Positions 11,401-24,662 of a stretch of DNA of 64,000 nt are shown here, piece by piece (position 1 is the stretch's first letter; each line of letters begins with the position of its first letter). The notes under the pieces were generated by a model, which was not told the origin of the DNA, did not search any database, and was given only the letters and a program-made list of their open reading frames with translations. The stretch spans positions 930,001 to 994,000 of the forward strand of contig NW_026919274.1 in NCBI RefSeq assembly GCF_032062105.1, read 5' to 3'. The stretch comes from Saccostrea cucullata. Lineage: Eukaryota. The translations under genes and the position numbers were made by a program.

Positions 11401-11646
11401 TTTTAAAAATAATTTTTGTTTAAAAAAAAATTAATTAATGTATTCATACACACCTAGAAAATACATAATTCACAAAAACACCTTGCATCCTGAAACCTAG
11501 CGCCTAACCCCCCCCCCCCCCCAAAAAAAAAGCTTTTTACATAAGAATGACTTTTCCAAAAATTATTTCCACAGACACGTAATTATAGAAAACTTGCAAA
11601 TAATACCACGAATTCGAAAGAAAATAAATACGATTAATTTTTTTTA

Positions 11647-14420
11647 TTAAAATAAAGTTTTTAGAATCACTTGAATCTTTCTGATAATTGTTAGAGTCGG
11701 TTTGTCTCGTGTTGATACAACAGCAATGCATTTCACATTTGAAGGAATCGTGTAGCCCTGTATTTCTGAATCGAATTCGCCTTCAGACAACCTCCCCACC
11801 AAATGAGGGACCAAACATTGCTCTTCTGGATATTGAATACCCACTCCTACTTTTACAACACCCCATTTCAAAATCCCGGTTCTCAGAATTGGGTGTCCTG
11901 TAGATACAACGATTCTACTAATGTTGATTGGTTCGGGGAACACTACTTTATACAGATGGTTAGCTTTTAAGCTCACGACAGAAAAGAATGGATCCCCATC
12001 AGTTCTTTGGTAAGCATTTTCCGGAAAAGATCCAAATGTTGCTTCCATGTTTGTAAATATTTCTGCTTGTGGATTTTCTCCTGGAATATCAAAAGTACTG
12101 TAGTTGAACGAGTCCTTAAAGGTAAAATCTGTTATAGGTGTAAGTTTTCCCCTTAATGACGATATTTTTCCAATATGCTGAAACAGACCTTTTGGGGTTT
12201 GAATGGTGGAAACTTGATCATGTAGGACTCTGAAATTGTTTAGTAGGATATCACAGGGTAGCACATTAAACATAGCCAACAAGTATGTTGCAAAACGTGA
12301 CAAATTCTTAGACCGAAATAATTTTCCAATAAACCCTAGCCGAGAAAATTCTAATGTTATCCAACGAATCTTATGATTTCGCTCGATAAATTTTTTAATG
12401 TCAGCAAAGAAGTCATTGGCTGCAATCACATCGTCTTCAAGTTGTATATAAAATTGTGAAAGCCGTTTGCCATACCACATCAAATATGCAAAATCTATGT
12501 TTTGTTTGGATCGCCATATCGTCCTGTCTTTGGAGTCATCGTTGAAATTGGCATTTTTATCTAATTCTGGATAAATGTCTAATGGACTGTGAATCACTTG
12601 GAGGAACCCTGTCTTGATATATGTCGAAAACGTCTCACTAATACGCCGACTTGTATCAAGGTTCCAAGTTTTATCAAAATCCGATAAGAAAATAACCAGA
12701 GTTATATTTTCTTTTTGACTGTCTGTTGTCGCCTTTATGATGGATGTTATAGTTGAGTAGACATATAGCGCTCCCTCTAGCTTTCTTTTTACCACTGGTA
12801 TGCCAATAGTTAAATAACCTGGAATACATAAATGAATAAAAATATTGTGGATTACAATCTTTTGATTTCAGTCACTATATAAGTATGTTATTAAAAGATA
12901 CAAAAGCAGCAATGATTATAACCCCCTAGCCAGATTGCTGCTTTTGTATCTGATGACGTCTTTTGACTATGCTTCATATCCTCGCCATACTATTAAAATA
13001 TCAATCGAACGCATCACTGTGGATAAACTTTCAATCAATATTTTAAAAAAAAACAAAACTTTTATTATTTTAACGATATTGCACGTACCAATTGAACTCT
13101 TTGGCTGCCCAAAGAGCACTGTATTTGATGACCACTCCGCATTGTTCATGAAGATAAAATTTTCTGGGCCTTCCTGTAACATTGGAGGTAAACCAGTGTC
13201 CTTCTGAAATTGACATATACACATATAAAATGTCAAGGTCATAAATTTTAAAAAATCTGTCTGTTTTAACACTTCGTTTCCGCGCGATATCTGGAGAAGT
13301 CTTGAGCTTTTGCAGTGGAATTTTATATCACAGCTTCCTATGGCTGAAAGACCCTTATTGATTTCGAAGTCAAAAGGTCAAATGTCAAGGTCGTTAATTC
13401 ATATTTTCTTTCTGTGCGTAAACCTTTCATTTTCGGGCGAAATCTCACGAAGCTTACGAGTTTTCGAAGTTAATTTTTACACAATAACTCCTTTTGGCCC
13501 CGACTGCCCTTTATTTGCTTCAGTACAAACATTTAATAATTCTGCAAATCTGGAGAATGGGAGGGGGGTCGAGCCCCCAATCTAAGCATCCTCCTCTTTT
13601 TTCCTTAATTAAGCGAGGGACATACCCAGTAAATTCTCTGAATTAGCTTGTTTTTTTACGTCGCACAAAAAACATCAATAGAGCACAGGTACTCGTGGAC
13701 AGGAACTTGTGAATATCGAGGGGGGGTCCTGTTCACTAGTACCTGTGCAATAGTAAATATATTTTAAGGAAGCTCTGAAGAAGTACATACATGTACACTG
13801 TATATTGTAATACATATATCACATTAGACCTGCATGTCGACTAAAATACTGATCACTTATTCAGGAAAAAAAAATTACCATAAAAGTAGAAGTTAATTTA
13901 GAGCTGTCCCTCCTTGTTGTTCCATTGACTAGTAACATAGAGGGCGCTGCTTGATGAGGGACTCCCAGCTGATTCTGTGGTGTAGAGGTTAGGTATGAAC
14001 AACGGGAACTGGTGTCTGAAATGTTGTGCATTGGCTTTAAAAAGAATCTTGTGTTTAGATCTATAAAATCCTTAACATGCAGTCATGTCTTAAAATATTA
14101 TCCAAAGACCCAAAATTTAACAAATTCTCTACGTAATTATATGTCATTTGATATTTCAACATACTAGTTTCCATGCAAGTGCCTCTTTTAAAGTCCCCAA
14201 TGCATAATGACATTATATTACGCTTATGTTCTTTTAGCAATTTAATTTATGATAAAGACAATTTCAAGAAATCTTTTACATGAAGAGAATGAAATACCCC
14301 ACACATATACATACCAGAAGAAGAGAGGAAAAGATGTACAACAAAACAACACATGATGAGAACACAGACGAGGACCACGGACTGCACTCTAGTTCGGTAA
14401 CATCGGAAAGAGGACTTCAT
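11647..14420 (-). CDS. MGAT4C: Alpha-1,3-mannosyl-glycoprotein 4-beta-N-acetylglucosaminyltransferase (GT54, MGAT4C-like), 524 aa
   Basis: Exons 14420-14315 (TM anchor), 14060-13879, 13203-13089, 12818-11647; 1575 nt in frame. Motifs LTIGIPVVKR, WRSKQNIDFAYLM, YIQLEDDV, LEFSRLGFIGKLF, LFQHIGKISSLRGK, plus a C-terminal lectin-like region. Exact paralog uncertain. Confidence 0.88.
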
Positions 14421-15804
14421 TACTGAAACTGAAATCAAGTTCAAGTGCAAATGATGGAGTTGTTCATAACATGCTCACCCATTACAACATATAACATAAT
14501 CCAAATCATTTAAATAACAATATATCCTCTGGGTTTATAGAGGGTGAAACAAGGTTAATCTTCTTAAATCTGTGCATGTTAATAATGATCGGTGTTTTTA
14601 AATTAAACATTCATGTTCTCTTTGATTAGTTAAAGATTACACAGGCCTGTTGCCCCCCCCCCCCCCTCCCCATTCAATCCTACCTCCAGAAATGCCTATC
14701 GTTTTTTTTTGTTTTGGTAAGAATTTGAAATTTTTCAATTATGTTGCCCATAAAAAGACGAGCAGTAATGCTCTCATCGTTTCAAACCACGGTTTGGAGT
14801 CCGCATAAGGGAAACTCTCTCCAGAATTGGAGCGGATCGTACATTTTGGCTATGGCTTGTGACGATGCAATTAATGCTCCCAGATTTCCAAAACTTAAAC
14901 TTCCCTCAACTAGATATGCATTAAGATACCAAACATCGGCTGCTCTAAATTATCCAAAAAAAAAAAAAAATCCCCACTGCCCCTTGTATCCCTTAAAATT
15001 TGGTTCTCAATTCAACATTGAAAATCTTTCTATGTACATGTACAAGTAATTCAGATGGTTATTGCTGTTTTCCCTGCTTAAATTTGTTCCTCAAACTTTA
15101 TGAAATTGTTCTCAGAGTTTTTTTTTGTAAGCGATAGTATAATTAATTTAATAGATAAATATTAAAGATACCTGCTTACTGAAGACAACAAATATTTATT
15201 GTATATAATTTACACTTTTCGATCATTCCATTTCGATCGTTGAAAAAAAACCCAGACCCTAACTATAGTCTTACCTTAGTGTTATGAAATGAAATGATTG
15301 CTTATATGCATGTACAGTACACATGATTTTAAATTCAAAACAAAACAAATTGTTTGGAACAAAAACCTGTATCAGTTGGCATTTAAAATTATTTATCCAA
15401 ATTCAATACTAAGTAATGAGCCAGTACGAACACAAGTGTCAATCTGGTGACCTTTTTTTAAGGTACGCCTTGAACTCCAAAATCAAGAAGAGACCTTGAA
15501 TAACCAAATGATTATCAACACAAATAAAGCTTCAATAATACAATATAACCTTTTCATCTTAAACTGAAGTTTTTCTGTCAATCGCCAAGTGCTACCAGGT
15601 TCCTAAAATGACATATCTAAGCTGTAGGTTCGGGAGACATCTTTGTTTGAAAACAAAGCATAGGGCGGTAACAAATGTCGTCTACAGGACGTTTTGTGTC
15701 ACAGTCTGACCTATTGAACCTGTAACTGTTATGTTCATCGTTAAAAGTCCTATGGAGTATAGTGTAACGATTCCCTTAAAATAGCTGTGGATAGACATTT
15801 AGAA

Positions 15805-15900
15805 AGATTGATTGATTGTATGTTGTTTTGCGTCCCATTCAAGAATTTTTCATTCAGTATGAGACGTCGCCATACACTGGTGAAGGGCATCAAATTTCGA
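15805..15900 (-). repeat. 3' tail fragment of a bivalve SINE
   Basis: (GATT)n tail followed by 'cgtcccattcaagaatttttcattca..atgagacgtcgccat..ctggtgaagggc'; its reverse complement resembles the end of the SINE remnant near 56790. Confidence 0.5.
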
Positions 15901-16229
15901 TCTTAATGCCAAAATGCAAATGAGTTCATGTAAATGTTGTTTGAAAATCGAAATTCAAAAGCCTTATTATACATATAGAGGACACTCCTAAGTTCATTTT
16001 CAATATGAATTATCTATTGCAATGAATGAAAGAGTTCAGGAAACCGGGTTTTGCGGAAAAACGACGCTTTTTGATACCCCCCCCCCCCAATGCCCTTATA
16101 AATATCGGAATTACAAAAACTTGTTGCATTGTATAGAACAACACTTAATATATTTCAAAAGATTAGTTGGCTACTGAAAAAGAGGAATTCAGGGGTTCTG
16201 GCCTTTGCAAAAAAAATGTTTCTACTTCT

Positions 16230-16530
16230 ATATTCGCCACAGATCAGAGAGCTTATGCAGTAGTAAGGTGTCCATCCATCTGCCTCTAAACATTTTTTTT
16301 CTTCAAAAAAGCAGTTTTTGTCTGATTTCACTATAACCTGGCACACAAGTAGACTACACAAAAATACATAATTCTGTTTAACAGTTTTTTAATTTTGATG
16401 AAATTTATTGTCATGTTTACTAAAAAATAGAAATTTCTGTGAAATACATTCAAAAATGCTACTCAAAAAATTAGAGTTTCAGTCTGATTTCAATGTAACT
16501 TTGGTAACTTATCACAAATAGACTACACTT
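16230..16530. repeat. Degenerate fragment of the 156-bp-core pearl/HINE family, opposite orientation to 26800-28156
   Basis: 'tctgatttca.tataac.tggcacacaagtagactacac' and 'actaaaaatagaaatttctgtgaaatac.ttcaaaa' are reverse complements of the core at 27000-28060. Confidence 0.8.
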
Positions 16531-17115
16531 TAAAATTTTAAATAACAACTCCATATAACATTCTAGTATGGAAAACCCCTAATTATTTTATTTTTAGGTC
16601 AAAAGGTCAAAGGAAAAAGTAATAAATTCATAAAATCTGTCTATTTGAACATGTTTCCAAGCAATATTGAGAAGCCTTTGAGCTTTTTTGCAATGAAATT
16701 TTATACCACAACTCCATATGGCCCAAGTTTGATGATTGTCAGTCCAAATTGATTTTGAGGACAAAACCATAAAATAAAAAGGAAAAAAGGTGTGTTAAAA
16801 CTATAAAGAAACTATGAAAATACCAGGTGCACAACCATATGTTATTCAATGTATAAATTTTCAGACAAATTTATTTTTTACATGTAATTATAACCTTACC
16901 GATAGCAACAAGAAAAATTCCACCATCTACACCTGAATTTACAAAAACATATGAACATCATGCATATTATTATGAAAGTTTCACCAAAATTCTGTAAATG
17001 TATATAGCATAATCTCAGACTTCCATGCTTCAAATATTTGGCTAACCATAAACAAAGATGGAGAAAGATACATTGTAAATTCAAAAGTCATTCACAGATG
17101 TCAGCTATTGCCTGT

Positions 17116-20100
17116 TTACTTTAATGAGGCTCTTTTTTCCTGTATTTTAACAGCTGCTTTCTTCTTCATCATCTGCAGCCTTTTCTCTGCATTGACAACA
17201 GATGTGCTTCCTCCTGAGGCCTGCTTACTAGATCCGGGACCTTTTGACTTGGGAACCTCAAAAGGTGAACTTGGAGATTTCAATTTTGATGATTCTCCTG
17301 CGGCAGCCTTTGCCTTAAAGGCCTCTATTTTAGCAGGATCCACCATAGATTTAGATTTTCCTGACTCTGATGTCTTCGACTTTGTCATCTCTGATGATAA
17401 TTTTGATTTAGACTCCTCACCTTTAGAACTAAGCTTGGACGATGAGCTTGATTTTGACATTCCACCTGACTTTTCTGATATCTGTTCTGCCCTCTGCTTT
17501 CCAGTGTCTGGTTTTGAAGAAACTGAATTAGATCTCTGTATATCTGACCTGCTTGATCGTGATTGGTCAGATTTTCCAGAAGTGGGCTTTGATTGGTCAG
17601 ATTTTGGAGATTTTCCAGGTTCTGATTTGGTTAGTTTTGTTTGTTCTGTCTTTCCAGATAAATTTGCTGCTAAACTTGCAAGTCCACTCATAGGTTTAGC
17701 AGAGAGACCACTCAATCCAGTTGCAGGTTTGGCTGCTAAACTAGCTAAGCCACTCATAGGTTTAGCTCCTGAGTTGTTCGAATTATTACTTGAAGTGGAA
17801 ACCTAGAAAAAGTCATTGTTGAGAATAAACTAATCATTTTACAAAGTAAAATGTGAAAGATCTGATACCAGATTTTCCTGACCACTATGTGATCTTCAGT
17901 TATATGACAGTCAAATGAATAAGCCTGGTAAAACATAAGTTTATCTCAAGCAAAAGAAATTTCATTCAACAAAAGAAATTTCCTTCAAACATAACTTAAC
18001 AAATTCCATTATAATACTGTATTACATTACAGCCATATTTACCTTCCTAAAGTTGAAGAGTCCTGCTGGATCACTTTTACCAGACTTGACAGAACCCGAG
18101 GAGGAGCGGACCTTTTCCTTAGATTCCTCAGGTTTATTCTTACTTGGTTTATTTACCTATCAAAATAAATACCATGTAATTTAAAGTAGAAATATACACA
18201 TCTCAATGTGCTCTTTCCAACATATAAAATACATGTCAATTTTCATGATATGCAGTGTGTTTTTCAATTCAGTGTAATGTGATTATTATTATCTGGACAT
18301 TAATTTAATACAAAACAAATGATTGGTATGACCTCGAAGTCATACTAGTACGTTTTTTATACATACCATTTTCTTGAGACTCTTGGTACATTTGTAACAA
18401 TACCAGACAAACCGGGGATCATGGACATCTTGTTCTGTCACTGGAGGCTTGTGGCATTCCTAGAAATTTGTCAAAGTTTAGTACAAATAACACCAATGTC
18501 TCAGGCATTTTTTTCCTTTTTGACTATGTTTTGTGTTTTCCCCAAAAATAATTAGATCAAGAAAAGGATGGCACTGCTTCATAATCATCAATTAAGTCAT
18601 AAACCAGAAGCTAGTCTTCAAAAATGTTTAGGATAAACATGTGCTTTAAAGTTACATGTAAGCATTTAGGCAGTTTTAGTGACGAGCAAATATAAGACCT
18701 GATGATAAAGATGATGACACTCCTGACATTCTACCAGCTGATTTCCAGTCTTCACATCAAAAGATCTAAAGAACAAAGTATTTGTGTTCAAAAGTAGTTA
18801 AAATTGGCAAGAAATAATTAAAATATCGGTTATCAATGATTAATATTTTCTTACTTGCAAACAACACATGCTATATCAAGTCCAAAGGCAAAATCATTGA
18901 AATCCTCATCACTATCCCCTGACCCTTTGTTTTCTTCTTTCACTTTCACTTTGTCCTCCCTTTCTAGTTTCACTTTCTTTTCCTCATCTTTTCTGGACCT
19001 CTCTTTCTCTTCCTTGTCTTTACTCTGTGGTTTCTCCACAACCTCTTGTTTGATGTCTTTGACTTTCATCTCTTCTTCACTTGAGGGACTAATGGGGCGT
19101 TTTGGGGATTCTTTCCTCGATTTTTTGGATGGAATTTCATCAGGAACCTCCAGGTTTTCTTGCTTCACCTGTGTAAGGAAAGAGTTCAATGGTCATTAAA
19201 GAATTGTGTGTAAACATGCATTTCTGTATTTTCATTGAGTATCATGAGTATTCCAACATTTTCAATATTATGACAATCAACCGTACATCACTTAGAATAC
19301 CTTTGAACTGCTTATAATATGAAGATTAAAGGCGTAATGAGAAAGGAGAAAAATGCAGGGGACCAGACCGAGATTTGAACCAGCTTTCTGGCCACCAGTG
19401 ATTGAATCTGTCTGACTGTTATAAAGATCTAGTTTTTTATCACTTATAAACACCAATGTGTTTGAGAAACTAAAGAATATCTCTCACATATTCATTTCTT
19501 TTCATTTACATGTACAGTGTACTTGCTGTAATAGATTTTAATTTTCATGTTAGCCCTATTTTAGACCTTTCCCCCAAAACAGAGACAAAAATTTTACAAA
19601 TCTAGTGTAGGGACATTCCTTATTATTATGATTATCATCAATAACTTGTTTCCCTTTTGTTGCACTTTTTGTACTTATGTCATTCATGAAAATGTCCCAG
19701 ACAAAAATGGACAGGTTATAACCTTGTCAATGCTCCGTTTTTCAGCTTCACGTTTCTTAGACTTGCTGTCATCTTTTTCTTTTTGTGATGATTTAGATGA
19801 TCTGGAATCAGAACTTGATCCTCCCTGAAAATAAATAATTACAAATTTTAAGTAAGCAATCTACCAGTCATTTTCCAAAAGCAACTTTTGACTCTTTAAA
19901 ATTACTTGTGACATGACCCAGCGACTTTTCCTTTGAAGTCAAGCATTCTGTAACTGCGATACAGAACACTTTTTGTGGGCGTTTCTTATGATGGTAGAAA
20001 TATGTATCTGCAAAATATCAATAATAATTTTTCATGACGGAAAGCTGTATCTGTATATACAGACACAAAATCGTTCAACTAGCATGATACATGTAGCACT

Positions 20101-22196
20101 GTTAGTATTTACTCAAAATTTGAGGTGAATTAAGAATAAAATTTTACAACGTAAATTTATTCGTGTCGGATTCAAAAATTTAAGAAAAGAGGGAGTGGGG
20201 CAGTTCACAAATGACTACTTTGAACCCCTCCCCCTTAAAAAAAATCATAGGAAAATCATATTGTTTAGATTTATATCCAACCAAAACACTATGTGCGTGA
20301 TATCGTTATTTGTTGATAAATTAAATACAAGTTTACCAAATATCATTTACGAAAGCCAAAGAGAAAAAAAATATGGGAGGGGGGCACCAGTGATTGCTCA
20401 ACATGAAGTTAAATATGGGTGGCACCCCTTCCTTTCATCTGTTTATTTCAGTTTTGTATATGACGACTTAGAGGATATATTTCTATAGAAAACATTTTTA
20501 ACGTTCTACATTTTTGTATCAAAAATAGATTCTGATATATCAAAATGTTTTGCATTTATTAAATCGAGGCTTAAATTAAAAAAAATGTCAACAATAGCCG
20601 ATTAGAGCAAAAAGCACTAAGTAATAAAATCTAAATTTAATTTTTTTGGAAAACAAATTTTATTATACATCCCCTAAATATTTTTTTTTAAATAATAAAT
20701 ACCTGCACGTCCACCTCACCCGGCACTTCAGTTGCGAATGCTTAAAATTTAAAACAGCTTTCTGCAAAATCATATATATGGTTGAGTGATTGGTACCCAA
20801 ATACGCATGTAAATTAGTGAGGTGATATCACAAGTCATTTATCCTATCAATTCAGAAAGTTATCGCTCTTAAACTAACATTTTATAAAAATACTTGTGAC
20901 ATACCCCGGCGAGTTTTCTTTTGAAGTCAAGCGTACTGTAACTGCGATACAAAACTTTTTGTGGGCATTTCTTATGCAAATAACTGTACCGTATTGCAAA
21001 ATATCAACGATACAGTACGTTTTATTTTTAGCGATGACGGAAAGCTGAATCTGTATACAGACATACGAATCGTTCAATTCCCATGAAAGCACTGTTAGTA
21101 TTTACTCAAAATTTGAGGTGAATAAAGAATAAAATTTTACAACGTAACGTTATGAGTGTCGGATTCAAAAATTTTAGACAGTTCACAAATAATTACTTTG
21201 ACCCCCCCCCCCAAAAAGTGGAAACTCGTATATTTCGGGGGGGGGGGGGGGGGGGGGTTAGATTTATAACCAACCAAGACACTTTGTGGTGCTATTCTTT
21301 CTTGTTGATAAATCAAAAAGCGTATGTATACAAGTTTAGCAAAATTCATTTACGAAATAGAAAAAAAAACTCACAGGAGGGTTGAGTTGGGGGGGGGGGG
21401 GGCAGCCTGGGGTCCCCTTTGGTTACTCTACATTTTATTAAAAACCAAGTAAAATACCCCCCCCCCCCCCCCCCCCCCCCCCCGCTTTCCTTTCATCTGT
21501 TTTTTATATTACGACTACCTTTCTCTCCAGACGGAAATTCAAAAACATTTGATTCTTATATATTAAAATGTTTTGCATTAAATCGTGCTTAAATTTTTTA
21601 AAAATGTCGGCAACACATAGAGAAAAAAAAACCTTTGATCAAATCTAAATTTATTTTTTTGGAAAACAAATTATATAATGCATCCCCTAAATAATTATTT
21701 TAAAATGATAAATAAACCTCTCTCGGCATTTCAGTTGCGAATGCTTAAAATGGGCTACGAAATCAACTTTCTGCAAAATCATCTGATTGGTTGAGAGATA
21801 TGTACCCAAATACGCATGTAAATTAGTGAGGTCATTAGAAAGGTCATGTCACAAGCCATTTAGAATGAGAGTACCTGTATCGGAGATCCCCGGATGAGCT
21901 ATCGCTCTCGCCACAAGCCCCGCCCTGTTGTTTGTGGCTAAATATAACAAATTGGTTTAACAAAATACTGCATTAACAATTTAACAGTTAATAATGGTAT
22001 CAATATGGATCAAAATAATTTTTCTGAGCATTGATTTTATCATAATTAACTAGCTATACAATACTACCTTTTGTCCCTTCTTTGTATGAAGCACATCATC
22101 CAGTAATTGTTTGAGTTGATCAGCTGAGTCCTTGCTTTTAGAATGAAGCAATCTCAAAGCTTTGACAAAGATTGGGTCCAAGTCTGTCATCGTCAT
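17116..22196 (-). CDS. INTS12: Integrator complex subunit 12 (PHD finger), ~501 aa
   Basis: Exons 22196-22068, 19824-19723, 19168-18855, 18765-18699, 18459-18367, 18156-18043, 17802-17116, in frame. N-terminal microdomain [29 protein letters not shown]; PHD finger [39 protein letters not shown]; Ser-rich tail ending [14 protein letters not shown]. Confidence 0.96.
19340..19422 (-). repeat. tRNA-derived SINE-like remnant
   Basis: B-box-like GGTTCAAATCTCGG on the minus strand (~19368-19381); no complete cloverleaf. Confidence 0.35.
19897..21862. mobile_element. Two diverged head-to-tail copies (~950-980 bp each) of a TIR-bounded non-autonomous element in INTS12 intron 1
   Basis: Copy 1 (~19897-20840) and copy 2 (~20885-21862) align along their length. 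Outer TIR CTTGTGACATGACC (19905-19918) / GGTCATGTCACAAG (21842-21855) is perfect; degenerate inner TIRs at 20821-20835 and 20892-20906. Confidence 0.8.
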
Positions 22197-22378
22197 TATT
22201 CTTCCTTAGGGATATATTTCTATAGAAAATTAATTTTTAATACATGTTAGTTGCATGGATTTAGTATCAACTTTATAATTTCCACATTCTGTCCACAGGT
22301 GCTTGAGGACAGGACACCCACCTCTGATATATAGACCCCCTGGCCTTTTAGACTTTTTTCACAAGAATTATATATGGG

Positions 22379-22541
22379 TGACACATTTGTGATATAATCT
22401 ATCCTATCAATTCAGAAAGTTTGCTTAAACTAACATCTTATAAAAATTTCTACCCCACTCTGATTGACTCTAGATTTTATAAAACGTCTGTTTTATGTAA
22501 TTTTTCGATTTGTTGGTATAGATCTTATCACAAATATGTCA
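22379..22541. mobile_element. 163-bp MITE in the INTS12/RFESD intergenic region
   Basis: TIR TGACACATTTGTGATATAATCTAT vs TGACATATTTGTGATAAGATCTAT (21/24). Confidence 0.65.
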
Positions 22542-23069
22542 ATGAAAGATAATTTATTTTATAAGGGGGCGCTTGTGATTTCTGTCAAGTTTCAAATCCT
22601 CCACATTTTAGTTTACACCAAGCCTTGAACCTATGCAGAGGAAATTCAAATTGAAAATGTCACAGATGCAAGTAGTTAGTACATATTTGAAAAACTTATT
22701 GGCAGTTAATGCTCTTTTTAAGATAAAAACTTAGTTTAATGTCACCATTTGAAACCCAAAACAGTGTCCTAGTACCAGTGATACTACCTAAGATTTTTAC
22801 CAGCTATCTTGGTCTTTCCGTAGTATTCCGGAACAATAACAAAAGTGAAAAACCAAATCGTAAATCTAGCCCGATGCGTAAATATCTTTTTTAATTTTGA
22901 CTCTGTTTTTCAATTTGAGATTTTTAGTATGTTTGTTTATACTAGATCGCTGTTTCTAACTCTTTTAAATGTTATAAGTGTGCTGTTTCATGTCATTTTC
23001 TTTTCTTAAATATAATAACATCGGGATCAAGATTTGTTAAAAAATGTAAACAGAAAATGGGAGGGAAAA

Positions 23070-24385
23070 ATGCAAGATGATCAGAAAATATACATACCCT
23101 TAGATAATATTAGCTTCCATGGTATTTTATGTAACGGATATTTTTTATTAAAGGATATTTGATTTTAAAAAAAAGCTAAGACTATTTTGAGGAAGTTATT
23201 AAATGACAGAAATTGTAATCAACTTAATTTTTCTCAAAGCATGGCATTTATTTCAGAACTTTACGACTGGTCAAGACCAGAGGAGAAATATCAGTGTTTA
23301 CAGAGGACGGTCCAATTAAGACCAGGTCTGAAGAGACAGAACAGTAAAACAGGGACCCTTGTATCATGTAACGAACAGCAGATTGCCATCTTTAGGTACC
23401 ATAACAAGGTGTATGCCATCAAGGAGAAATGTCCACATTTAGGTATTAAATTGCCATGATTAACAAAAATTGCTTCTAGATAGCAGCAGTTCTAACTGTC
23501 AATTATTTCTTACAGAACTAATATGTTGACGGTGCAACCATTAGGGCCAGCACAGATACTTGTATTATTTTAATTTAGACAGGGTTCATCAAACTGCACG
23601 ACATTTGGTGCATATAGACTCTGATGTCGTATGTAAGTTACCTTACCAAAAAGAAGCCTGAACAGTGCTGCAAGTAAATGAGGAACGTTTCATTTACTAT
23701 TTATCTTCAATATTTATCCATTAAATCAGAGCGTGTTAACTTTTAGTTGAACTATTCTCGCGAGAACGTAGCTTTAACAAGTGATGAATTGTGGGTCCAG
23801 AGTTACTGAGGAAAAAAATTCTGATGAATGAATGTGCAGTAGTCTGAATTTTCCTTTGTCCAAGCGTTGCTTTAAGAGCTTGCAGCGACAAACGTCGATT
23901 TGCGATGCTCGCTGCGCTCGCTATTAAATACTTGTGCTATACTAATGCTGTTCAACATTAGCCCTTAACATGCTTAAGAAATATTCATTTCATTAGATAT
24001 TCAGGTTTGTTCATTAATTAGATAAATAAGTTGCAAGCAGTAAGATACTCCAGCTCAAATTATAGTATGATAAGCATATAAAGTGGCAGAATAGTTGTCT
24101 GTTAAGACTTGTGTTGATTACTACATGGTAATACTTGAATTCTGCTTTATTATAGGTGGTCCTCTCCATTTAGGGGACATAGAGGAACTCCCTGGGAATT
24201 CCCTGTGTGTGAGGTGTCCTTGGCACAGCTGGAGGTTTGACCTTGACACAGGACAGTTAAAGCAACCTAAGCGGCCAGGTGTTTGTTCCGTTGTCTACCC
24301 TGTGATTGTTAAAGAAGATGGGGGACTCTTGGTTGGATTTGATCAATTTGATCCAAAATATTTCTCAATGGATTCATCATTTTGA
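23070..24385 (+). CDS. RFESD: Rieske [2Fe-2S] domain-containing protein (RFESD-like soluble Rieske ferredoxin), ~155 aa
   Basis: Exons 23070-23121, 23257-23442, 24156-24385, in frame. Rieske ligands C-P-H (YAIKEKCPHLGGPLHLGDIE) and C-P-W-H (CVRCPWHSWRFDLDTG). Start codon is less certain. Confidence 0.85.
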
Positions 24386-24662
24386 AATTAAAGGGGGTGG
24401 AGGTTAGAGACTCTAGATTTATTCATTGTTGTACATCAAGATGTATTGGTATTGTTGATGTTTGAATAGGATAATTGATGATATAAATTACTTCTGACCC
24501 AGTTTACACTGATAAGACAGTATTTTTTTTATGTTCAAAACTTGTGGAAACACTTTTTTAAAAGTGCATAAAATTTATTTATAGTTTTCAAAATACAAGA
24601 GGTGTATTATGTTTATAAAGATTTCTATTCAAAATTTTTATGTGTTAAGTCACTTTTTGTCA

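Noticed and set aside
15459-15779. Another TTAA-flanked MITE
   Set aside because: Terminal inverted match too weak to define ends.
17108-17806. 232-aa plus-strand ORF (also 18855-19199 and 31020-31217)
   Set aside because: Antisense shadows of Ser/Lys/Glu-rich exons of INTS12 and the sirtuin.
19355-19420. tRNA gene
   Set aside because: Only a B-box-like motif; no A-box, anticodon arm or acceptor stem.
22633-22680. Upstream coding exon for RFESD (MQRKFKLKMSQMQ)
   Set aside because: Weak donor and no clear in-frame acceptor; ATG 23070 already gives a complete frame.
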